Source: Octopus bimaculoides
Lineage: Eukaryota
Assembly: GCF_001194135.2 (NCBI RefSeq)
Contig: NC_068987.1
Location: 58,217,644 to 58,278,021, forward strand
Direction: 5' to 3'
DNA length: 60,378 nucleotides
In this document: one piece after another, positions 11,883 through 22,700 of the stretch
How positions within the stretch are numbered: position 1 is the stretch's first letter
How the letters are laid out: the number at the start of each line of letters is the position of its first letter
Notes under the pieces: model-generated
Databases searched by the model: none
Seen by the model: the letters and a program-made list of their open reading frames with translations, nothing else
Told to the model about the DNA's origin: nothing
Program-made: the position numbers and the translations under genes

Positions 11883-12169
11883 TGATAGTAATAATAGTTG
11901 GGTGGGATGACCAGTTATACAGTATATAAATGAACGAATTAAAAATTTATAAATCACAAACTATTACATGGAAGAAAGAAGGATGTAGGAAAAAAACATT
12001 AAAATCAGATAAAATTAAAATAAAATTCACGTCCTCAAGATAAGACTATTTCATTTCAGTACGCTGTAATGTCTTTATGTTGTTTTCACTAACAAACTCT
12101 TCTTCGTGAGTCTCCTATATTCCAACTCCAACTGCAGCTTTCATTTGAAATGCCTAAAATATCTATGGT

Positions 12170-12392
12170 ACAACAATGTGGAGAGCTAGCAGAATGTTTG
12201 CACGCCGCACAAAGTACTTAGCAGCATATCGGTCGTCTTTACGTTTTGAGTTCAAATTCTATCGACATTGACTTTGCTTTTCATCCTTCCGGAATCGATA
12301 AAATAAGTATCAATTGAGCACTGGGTCGATGTTATCGATTTACCCCCACAAACTATCTGGCTTTGTGACAAAAATTTGGAACCAATATTTAT
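12170..12392 (+). mobile_element. SINE family A, degenerate
   Basis: gagctagcagaatg..gagttcaaattct..gactttgcttttcatccttccggaatcgataaaataagtatc. Confidence 0.85.
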
Positions 12393-12399
12393 TAGGTAA

Positions 12400-13425
12400 T
12401 CTTGTTGGAAAATACGTTGGCTTGTTCTTTAAAAGACTGTGAATCATTCTTTCGTCCTCCTCTTCATCATCTTTACCATTATTCTGAAAAAGTGAGTTTA
12501 GTTGTTTTGAGAAGGTTGTCCTTCTTCACCTGTTTTAGTTGGGTTTTTTTTTTTTTTGAGTTTTTCTTTTACTTTTGGGAATTTCCTACCGTTTTCTCTT
12601 TTTATATATTTCTCGCTATAGTTTGGATATTTACCTCTACAACCATTAACTCATTATTCTCAATAATGAGGTGCTACTCTTTGATATTATTAAGGTACAA
12701 GGTGTCGACTTGCTTGTTGCTAGAATTAGACTTGAGGTGATCTCTTCCGCCATTTATGGAGCTGTGCTATATGGCGTTTGGAAACTTAGACTGCTGCTCT
12801 TGCTGCATCAGTTCGTCTTCGTTGCTTTCCTCTCTCCTTTTGTTTCCGATCCTATTCAGTTCTTCTGAGCAAAAGGCCCTAAAGTGGTTTTTACTAGAAT
12901 ATGTGCAGCAAGAAGGCCTGTCCGCTGCATTATCAGTCTTATGCCCTTTGTTTCGGCACGTTCAAACTGGGCACAGCTCTAGTGTGGCCTTGTGAACCTT
13001 TGGATCCATTGGGAGTTGCAAATTCATTCTGACGACCCTCGACTACATGTCTGTCATCAACTGTTTTAACTCTCCTTCACCCGTACTGTGAAAGAAAAGT
13101 AATGACCAGCAATGTACCCATATAGTTTCCAATGTTCCTTGTCACCATTGTATTTTTCTGACTCCATATTATATGTAAGGGTTGAGTTATATCCAACCAT
13201 TCCAGCCTGTGCTTTTGTTGGGTCTTCGTTTGTAATGGTGCAGCAGACAATGCAAAAACTCTCCCACTTTTCGATTAAAATGATTTCTCCTGAAACTTCA
13301 TGCACTACTTGTTGTAACCGCAGCTTTGACGGTAATCCGATATCAACACCGCCTTTTCAAAACAGATTTTTTTTTTTCCGTTTGGCCTCTCTCTTGGATT
13401 AGATCGTGCGTCAGACACTTCCTGG
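12400..13425 (-). mobile_element. Possible degenerate LINE ORF1/5' region
   Basis: Higher-complexity block; minus strand encodes a broken CCHC-like ELCPV*TCRNKGHKTDN near 12935-12985. Weak. Confidence 0.3.
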
Positions 13426-13954
13426 CTTTACAAAATTCTGCCAACTAATTTATTTCTGAGAACTATAATCAAATCTATAAATTCTGCTTCTACTTGTTTT
13501 ACAACGGAGCCGAAATTAGCTGTATAACAGTTATTAAAAGAAAGATTTTAAACGTTTGGTTGTGTGAGAAGTATTGTTGCTGTTATCGCTTTCTTCAAAA
13601 GTATTTATCACACTGTTGAAAATAATTTTCTTCCATTAATTGTTCATTAAAATGTTCATTATTTTCTCATATCCGTTCTTTTTGCCCGGGTAGTTATTTT
13701 TGCACTATGTGTTTTGTCTTCTTTGTTGTTATAATATAGTTTCATACAATTCGTGTGTATGGAAGATAGTTTAAATGCGAAATATAGTCAAAATGTATAG
13801 TCGAATAAAATAAGGTCTGTAAAAACAAACCATTCTCAGTTAACTAAAATTCTGTTTAACAACTACTTGAAAGAAAGCTTCGCTTGGTAATTTTTACACT
13901 AAAATCTTTGTCCAGAGAGAAAAGAAAGTTCATCATCTTACCACAAGAGTCAAT

Positions 13955-14100
13955 AATGATGATAGCGAAGGAAGCGCTGTTAGTCGGTTACATCGATTCC
14001 AGTACTTGACTGGTACTTTATCGACTCCAGTCGTGAGTTGAACACAGAACGTGACTTGAACACAGATAACGCAAAGCATTTTCTCCGACATGGAAATGAT
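13955..14100 (-). mobile_element. SINE family A, internally deleted degenerate copy
   Basis: tagtcggttacatcgattccagtacttgactggtactttatcgactcc..ttgaacacagaacgt. Confidence 0.7.
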
Positions 14101-14410
14101 TTTACAAAAAATATGAAACACTTGATTGCATAATACCTAGTAAAGGACAAATTTGCTGAAATTGTCTTATGCGTAACTAGACAATCGCATTTCTTTCACT
14201 AGGCATTAAAGACATTTTTTACAATAGCAAATTGAGCGTTAATCGTTTAAGTGAGATGGATTGACTTCAAATAATAAATTAACTTCAAACAGTAATTGAA
14301 AATGTTTAACATTCCTGGAAATAAAATGAAAGAGATTGACCAGCTATTCAGTGACGTTCATTATAACTTGTGATAATATGCAAGCATCAATATAATTTAA
14401 GAGCCTACAT

Positions 14411-14576
14411 CAGTGGTTCCCAACCTTTTTGACTACCAAAGACCACTTTTATTTAAATGATTTTTCCCATGGACCCCAGGATATTGAAAGGTCTGTCAGC
14501 TTAAAATGTTCACGGACCCCCAGTACTACCTTCGCGGACCACCAGGGGTCCACAAACTACAGGCTGGGAACCACTG
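14411..14576. mobile_element. hAT-Charlie-type MITE (166 bp)
   Basis: TIRs CAGTGGTTCCCAACCT / AGGCTGGGAACCACTG; 8-bp TSD gcctacat / gcctatat. Confidence 0.9.
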
Positions 14577-14867
14577 GCCTATATGATAACACGTTATAAC
14601 AAAACTAAAATATTTCCTGTATTGATTAATCCTGCCACTACAGTTTTCCTGTAACAAGTGCATGATGTTATTATGTCTGTTACACCCTACCGCTGATAAT
14701 CAGAAACAATGTTTTACTTTGAAAGAGATGCCTTTGTTAACAAATTATAATTATCAAAGATATTCATTGATGATCAATTATAATAGGAAGTAAATTTGTT
14801 GAAAGCAAATATTCTCAAAATTAGTTGGAACTACTTTATAAATATACAATCAAAATATGAAATATGT

Positions 14868-15140
14868 AGATGCAGGCATGGTGTAGTGTTTAGAAATTAG
14901 CTTCGCAAATTCGTGGTCCCTGGATTGATCCCATTGTGTGGTATCTTCTACCATAGGCTCAAGCTAAGCAATGCCTTGCAAGTGGAATTGGATAAACGGA
15001 AAGTGTGCAACAGACCATCATGTGTGTGTGTGTGTGTGTGTATGTATGTGTGTGTGTGTGTGTGTGCGTGTGTGCGCGTGTGTGAGTGTATGTGTGTGTG
15101 TGTGTGTGCGTGTGTGTGTGTGTGGGTGTGTGTGTATGAG
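14868..15140 (+). mobile_element. Degenerate CORE-SINE family B head followed by (TG)n
   Basis: gcaggcatggtgtagtg..tcgtggtccctggattgatcccattgtgtggtatctt..gtggaattggataaacggaaag resembles 19119-19265. Confidence 0.65.
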
Positions 15141-15590
15141 GGGACTACTATACCTTGAAATGGTCGGGATATACAAATCAGAAGTATTTATTACACTTAG
15201 TAGTAATAAATGTACATTATAGTAGTCTTGATACTTTCTCTCTCCATCATTCTTGATGTCCTGTCAATCAATAATCCTGAAACTTCAAACACAATTACTA
15301 TAAATTATAGCAACTGCACACTTTAACTTCAGCCCTTTTTTAACATTTTATTCCTATTAAAATCTAAATTGAAACGGCAAACAATCTTTTGAAGAAGACA
15401 ATTGCTCTATTTTAGAACAGTTTTATTGACTAGAGATGAATGTTGATGTATATTAATATGGGAGGAATATTACTTCTTGAAATATCTTTTGTACTCTGAC
15501 ATATTTAATCAATAGTTGTTTGTTGTTTAACCATTTGTTACCTCTGATTTTGCAGAGCTATCGTCAGAAAAATACTAGCTACGGCCTCTC

Positions 15591-15628
<38 letters not shown>

Positions 15629-16019
15629 TAAAGGTAAGATTCAAGGATCAAGGTGTAGGAAGTTAATGAGCTACAAGCAGTCCTTAGAAGATATAAAAAG
15701 CAATTTTCAGAAATAATTATTGGCGCAGAAGATTGTGAATTTTTCCATGTCGAAATATGATAAGCTGAAAAAAAGGTTGTTTTATAGTTAACGGTTAGCA
15801 ACTGGGGTTGCTGAATATGCGAATAATTATCCAGTAGCCCGGATTTTATCTACTCCATTCCCTAATTTTTGTGTGTATATATGTATGTGTGTGTCTGTGT
15901 GAATATATNNNNNNNNNNNNNNNNNNNNNNNNNNNNNNNNNNNNNNNNNNNNNNNNNNNNNNNNNNNNNNNNNNNNNNNNNNNNNNNNNNNNNNNNNNNN
16001 ATATATATATATATATATA

Positions 16020-16135
16020 TAATCTTTTACTCTTTTACTTGTTTCAGTCATTTGACTGCGGCCATGCTGAAGCACCGCCTTTAGTCGAATCAAATTTACC
16101 CCAGGACTTATTCTTTGTAAGCCTGGTCGGGTACC
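16020..16135 (-). mobile_element. Family B SINE 3' tail fragment
   Basis: cttttactcttttacttgtttcagtcatttgactgcggccatgctg is the reverse complement of 19470-19521. Confidence 0.85.
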
Positions 16136-16288
16136 GTGGTAGCTCACAGTTATGCTCCAGGTTGCGGCTAACTGCATCGATTAGTATTTAACATCTATGA
16201 AGACAAGGAGTTGTTACTCACGCTGTAAATTCCTCCGATGGGTAATTCTGTAATCGTTTCACTGGATGATAATATTATCTGGAGTGTA

Positions 16289-16551
16289 TATTAGCAATAA
16301 TTATAACGATAGAGAATATGGAGAATATGTCGAACAACATATTTTTATGGTTACGATGATCTCCACGTATTTCCACTGCGCAGAAAATCATACCTAGCTG
16401 CATATGCAACAACCCTTACTCTGTGCAGTGGAAACGCATGGAGGTTACCCTAACCCTAAAAGCATCCTGTATGACATTGTAAAATAAAAAGAAAGAAATT
16501 TTGAGGATGTACCAGTCTCCATATTCTCTATCGTTATAATTATTGCCAATA
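16289..16551. mobile_element. MITE-like element with ~36-bp TIRs, nested inner IR and short TAACCC repeat, in TA context
   Basis: tattagcaataattataacgatagagaatatggaga / tctccatattctctatcgttataattattgccaata; inner ctccacgtatttccactgcgcag / ctgtgcagtggaaacgcatggag. Confidence 0.75.
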
Positions 16552-16628
16552 TATATATATATATATATATATATTTACATGCAGTTAGATATTTGTCCGA
16601 TCATAGAGTGACCTACGGTCTCGCATCC

Positions 16629-16694
16629 ATAAGGAGTTAAGATTCATGGACGGCATTGAGTCTAACGAGCCGTCCATGAAGCTTAACGAATTAT
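16629..16694. other. Stem-loop (pre-miRNA-like geometry)
   Basis: ATAA-gga-GTTAAG-a-TTCATGGACGGC [14-nt loop] GCCGTCCATGAA-g-CTTAAC-gaa-TTAT. Confidence 0.5.
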
Positions 16695-16709
16695 TGATGT
16701 GAAACCACG

Positions 16710-16778
<69 letters not shown>

Positions 16779-16826
16779 TACTATCTATCTATANNNNNNN
16801 NNNNNNNNNNNNNNNNNNNNNNNNNN

Positions 16827-16867
<41 letters not shown>

Positions 16868-17982
16868 GTATGTACTATCTATCTCACTATATTCACACGC
16901 ACACACTCACGCACAAACACACACCACACACAAACCGGGAGCTTTGAAGGAAATATGTTATTTATTTCCAACAGATCGGGCAACTGCATCGAAGATCTCT
17001 TATTGATTCGACAACAGTTTAGTTTAATTTTCATAGTAGGGAAATAGTTTATTCATTATCTTCTGTTAGCCTCGAAGGGTAAGTTATTATTATCAGCTAA
17101 GCACCGAATTTAATGTCCTAGTATTTTGCTTTGCTTTTTTGATTTTTATCTTTCTGTCCTTCTGTAAGCAAATTTATTTCATTATAGATTCAACTGAGTA
17201 TATAGTTTCCTTAAAGAAAATTCTTCTGTACTAAAAAAAAGAGGTTTATTATATCTAAGATACTTTTATAAATTCAGCTTTTTATAACACCAAATCAAAT
17301 CTCGATATTCGAAGAATATTTTTCAAGGATTTTCAAATTTCAGTCTTTCTGGAATAAATCACACATTTTCATCATCACTTAACCTCGATTAAACATTTTG
17401 ACTGGGTTTTTCCATTTCTTACAATATACTTCAGAGCCAGAGCAGATAAAAATTTTCTCATGTTGAAATCGGTTATAAAGCTATCACCCCACTTATCTAT
17501 GTTACAGAGAAGACGCACATACTTAAGCCATCAGTTTTGCTGCTGAGATGAAGTACATGACTTAATGTGTGTATTCGTCCATTTCTTTGAATTACACGCT
17601 CTGTGTTTTCTTTATCTCTTGCATTCTAAACTATAGTGTCTTTGTTAAATTTTGTATACAATTCTTGTAAGTTTAAAACGTTAAAATAGGAAAACTGCAA
17701 GATTTTCTATAATGCAATTTATTTTAATGCTTTGTTGCAACAGAATTTGTTGTCTGTTCACACTTTATTTGCTAAAAATATAAAGCAAACGTTTGCTTAG
17801 ATGATGAATATAATGAAGAAAGACAACTCATGAATCTGTGCTTCAAGCAATATCAAATCTGTCAATAGAAGATACAGTGACAGCAAAAATATATAACGAA
17901 GAAGCGAGCGTTATTCGTAGAAATCCTTTGATGCAGAAATTTTTAAAATATCGATGGAAAAATGGAGAATTTTAACAGATAG

Positions 17983-18076
17983 GTAAGTAAAAATAAATCA
18001 AATTAATTCACTAGTGTTAGACAAAAATAGTGTCATTTTCATCGATTTTTTGCGTGTTTTTTTTTTCTCTATTCAG
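17983..18076 (+). other. Candidate short GT-AG intron (94 bp) of an unidentified, possibly non-coding or pseudogenic transcript
   Basis: Donor AG|GTAAGT at 17982/17983; acceptor T-rich..CTCTATTCAG| at 18076. Flanking frames contain stops. Confidence 0.3.
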
Positions 18077-18654
18077 ATGTAGGTTACTTCACAAAGCAAG
18101 TTCATCTTTTATAGCAGTAAATGTGTGATATGTACACATCCAAGATTTGCTTGAAAATTATCCATGAGAAGATATATTGTTATACTGTTGATGCCCTTGC
18201 TTCTTTCTATGAAGGCCTAAAGACTTAGGTTTCAGAGTTGCTTAACTAGATGTGATTCCTATGCTTGTTCCCCCACCAACACCACCGCCGCCGCCACCAC
18301 CACATTTCGTTGTAACGGTAGGCGTCATAAAATGAATTAATCTATTAAGTATTTAAGCATTTACTCAACTGAGGTGATTTAGACTGTTATTATACATGAA
18401 TGTTATGAACGTTATTGAAAAGTAAAGTTATGACAGAAAATTATGTTTAAATGCTTTAATCTAATCGAGAAACTTTACTGGGTGATATTGAAGAAAGCTT
18501 TTCTATTTAATCATTGAACAAAGTTAGAAGGAAACAATATAACAATATATTAAAAATATATTTAACTATCAGTTCGTGGAAGTATGATAATATTAACATA
18601 TTTTAATATCCAAATATCATATATTATAGCATATACTAATATTATAGATTATAT

Positions 18655-18805
18655 AAAGGCGGTAAACTGGCAGAATCTTTAGCCGAACAAAATGCTTAGT
18701 GACATTTCTTCCGGCTTTACATTTTGATTTCGTATTCCTCCGATGTCTACTTTACTTTTCATCCTTTCGGAGTCGAAGTACCAGTTGAATAGTGGGGTCA
18801 ATGAA
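18655..18805 (+). mobile_element. SINE family A, 3'-truncated degenerate copy
   Basis: aaggcggtaaactggcagaatc..tactttacttttcatcctttcggagtcga..agtaccagttg. Confidence 0.8.
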
Positions 18806-19118
18806 AGAAAAAATATCATATATCATACAACGTGGTCTAAAAATATAAACTCACATCTGCAAATGGTAAGTTAATATCCATCATTAACTAATAATGAACA
18901 CTATATGGGTGATCTCATTGGAACAGTCTGGGGTAGAATATACTATGAAAGTAATTTGAACCCATAAGCGAAGATTTTAAATTTTTTTGCTTCAGATCGA
19001 TATAATGAATTCGTTAACTGGGATGTATTATATTCAATGTAATGCTCCCTACCAAAATGAAATCAATCACATCTACACCCATAGAGAGAAAATAAAAAAT
19101 AAAATTATCATCTTAATT

Positions 19119-19521
19119 GTTGTGGTAAGTAGCTTGCTTATCAACCACATGGTTCCGGGTTCAGTCCCACTGCGTGGCACCTTGGGCAAGTGTCTTCTAC
19201 TATAGCCTCGGGCCGCCCAAAGCCTTGTGAGTGGATTTGGTAGACGGAAACTGAAAGAAGCCCGTCGTATATATGTATATATATATATATATATGTATAT
19301 GTGTGTGTGTTTGTGTGTGTGTGTTTGTCCCCCTAGCATTGCTTGACAACCGATGCTGGTGTGTTTATGTCTCCGTCACTTAGCGGTTCGGCAAAAGAGA
19401 CCGATAGAATAAGTACTAGGCTTACAAAGAATAAGTCCCGGGGTCGATTTGCTCGACTAAAGGCGGTGCTCCAGCATGGCCGCAGTCAAATGACTGAAAC
19501 AAATAAAAGAGTAAAAGAGTA
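19119..19521 (+). mobile_element. CORE-SINE family B (OR-like): tRNA head, CORE, internal microsatellite, tail ending (GTAAAAGA)n
   Basis: B-box GGTTCAGTCCC; CORE-like CACCTTGGGCAAGTGTCTTCTACTATAGCCTCGGG; second copy at 34685-35084. Confidence 0.9.
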
Positions 19522-19559
19522 ATTCTTACCAAGAAAATCAAGGAAGACAACTCTGAAGT

Positions 19560-19770
19560 ATAAAGATAGGCACAAGGCTCGAAATTTTGAGGGACGGAGC
19601 CAGTCGATTATATCGACTCCAGTACATAACTGGTACTTAATTTGTCGACCCCGAAAGGATGAAAGGCAAAGTCGACCTCGGCGGAATTTGAACTCAGAAC
19701 GTAAAGACAGACGAAATTGGGCTAAGCATTTCGCCAAGCGTGCTAGCGTTTCTGCCAGTTCACCGCCCTC
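19560..19770 (-). mobile_element. SINE family A, well-preserved copy
   Basis: Full tail-core-head match to consensus. Confidence 0.9.
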
Positions 19771-19789
19771 GAAATATAAAGATATTAAG

Positions 19790-22700
19790 AACTGAATGGG
19801 AATAAGAAGAAAAGAGTAAGTTTGGTGCTTTTATAAGTAGAGGAAACAAATCTAGACATGATTTGGTTTTATGAGATTTCCTCAGCGAAATATAAGTTTA
19901 TGAGTACTAGTCAGATCCTAGATTAAAGGAAGTATTAAAAGACGCCATCTGCGCGATTTTAGTCAAGAATAAAACAAACATCGAAAAATATTGGCTGCTT
20001 CCTTATGACACATTTAACTTTAGTGCACAGGAGGATCGAAGGACGTAGGTTATTAACAGTAAGACAGAAGCATTTTCATGCAAACCCATGCAAATTGTAC
20101 TCTCCCCCTTCACTTTTAAACAAACAATAACTTCCATTATGTCATTAACTATGTATTAGTGGTGCCGATTCTGCCCATAACAAAGGTGCAAATAATACAA
20201 TGTGCCTGTAGGTCATAACATCCGAGCAACGCCGGGATGCATTGCTAGTCTTTTTATAAAAGTGAAAGGATTTTGTCTATTTATTTATTTCGATTGTCCA
20301 CCTGCGACGTTTATTACATTGTCTAGGAACGCGATGAATGTCCAATACCAAACAATCTTAATCTCCATATTTAAACAGCATTAAACTTTGGCAAGCTTAC
20401 CTTTTCCTATTCTCGGTTACTTGAAAGGTGATGTTTCCTGCCCCCTCTTCTATTTACCTACCAATACGTTGTTTTACGTTAAGGATGCTTATTTACCCAC
20501 CCATTATGATATTTTGACTGTCCATTGTTTCAAATACGCTTTAGCATTGTCGTTGTAGCTTTTTTAAACAATCACATATGATTCGTCCCAAACAATCAAC
20601 ATTTAAATAAGCGTTTTTAGCAGAGTTATGATGTAAGCATGCACTAAAACCCCTCATAACTTGTTTATTTTTACTACGAAATTTTACGAATTTTTCGATT
20701 CTGTCTTCTGCATAACGGAATTGATACGATAATGTAAAAAAAAAAAATGTAATGCCCAACAGAATTCCCACCCCTCCACATTTTTTTTAATAATTTAATA
20801 ATTCGTTAGTTTAAAATACGGACAGTCCGAATCTACCATTCGATTCTCTCTATCATTTCCAAATAATTTTTTTATGCTTTTATGGAAAAAAAACGTCAAT
20901 TAATGGTCTTTACGCTTTTTCACATAATCCTGAACTTTATATGTGAAATGCCAGTGACATGCTGCATGTCCATCAGCAATATTAGCTGACAGACAGCTGT
21001 GCAGAGGTACGACATATAATCCAAGTAGACGAAAGCTTTCTTTTTAAGAGAAAATATGAAGTTGGAAGAGTGGTAAAGAGGTTTTTGATACTTGTGATTG
21101 TCGTAACCGACAGTATTCCAATTTTTTATGTGTCTATATGCGTTTATAAAGATATAATTAAAACAATACGTATTTTATTCAACAGCAAATGGAGCTATTT
21201 TTTCAGAGAGATAAGCTAACAAAAGCCCTTTATACACCCAATTTATATANNNNNNNNNNNNNNNNNNNNNNNNNNNNNNNNNNNNNNNNNNNNNNNNNNN
21301 NNNNNNNNNNNNNNNNNNNNNNNNNNNTATATATACATATATATATACAACAAAGCCTAATGGCGTGAATTTTCTAAAACTCCTTTAGGGACAAACGGTT
21401 TTCACAATGAATTCCAATTTAATCGGAATCTACACGAAATGAAGCATTTTTGTAGAAATTTTCATCAAGAAATATTTATTTTTCTCAAGGTTATGAAGAA
21501 GCAAATCTTTGGGGCACAATTGTGTAAATATGCCGAAATGTTTATATACATATAACTCTGTAAAAATGCCTGTGTGTATATATATTTATATATGTTTCTG
21601 TATGTATTTATACATGTATATGTATAAGTTTCAGAAGATATTAGAATAATGGAATAAAAGTTAGTCATAATAAGAGATCTCCCAAAAATCTATTTCCTTA
21701 TTTTTTAACTACTGTTTCTGGCAATTTACGAAATCTTGATTTTGAAGTATCTAAAAAATTATTTGGAAATTATAAAGAGAATCGAATGGTAAATTCAGAC
21801 TGCGGCATTCGCTGTTAGTTTATACGCAGGTTATGTGGGAAAACAGAATAAAGGGCTTTTGTTAGCTTCTCTATCTGAAACAATAGCTCCCTTTGCTGTT
21901 GAATAAAATAAACTCGCGGAGGGGAAGTTTTAACGTCTTCCTTCAATTTCCTTACACCATTTATGCGGCTGTTTCTGACAAGAAATTTCGCTTTCATGTA
22001 AAACATCTATATTTTGTAGTCATTAACCGTAATCTATTACCAAAACACTTCAGTGCCTCTACTTTGCATAGCTTGCAAACTTATATGTTCTATGATCATT
22101 AAAGTGCAACGACATCCACAATAACCAGTCTTCAATTTAATTTTCCGTTCCTAGGTTAATCGGAAGCATAGATTGCCGTGCTACTCATAAACTTTCTCGG
22201 TAGTTCATTCATTTGGTGAAAAAAAATACCACCAAAGCAACTTAAACCGTCCAAAGGATGGGTGCGTTTGCTGGTTTAACATAAAATTAGGACGCTCCCA
22301 AGATACAACAAAACTAGATTAACTTTATCTGAAGACATTGCAGATAATATTTTAATACTTTTTTGATTATGATGACGACCAAATTAAAATACGTCATATG
22401 TAGACAATATTAATGTTGTGCTGGTGAAATTATATGCAAAACCACTCTAGATGTTAAACAAAGAAGTCCTCAAGCCAATGAGGGTAACTACATCGTCCAT
22501 TATAAAACAAGAAATAGCACAAAAATTTCTCAACTAACACTATACTATCTTTATGTCAAACAACGTCTTACTTGATAGCATAGTCTAACATATTCTATAC
22601 CCAAATAAATGGACTGCATACGGGTTGAATGTTTTACATCACAGGTCTGTTTCAACAAAGCTGAAATGGATATAAAACCAACAATAACTAGCAATGAAAT

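Noticed and set aside
16445-16460. TAACCC telomere-like units (also 32501-32512)
   Set aside because: Only about two units, inside TE-like sequence; not an interstitial telomere array
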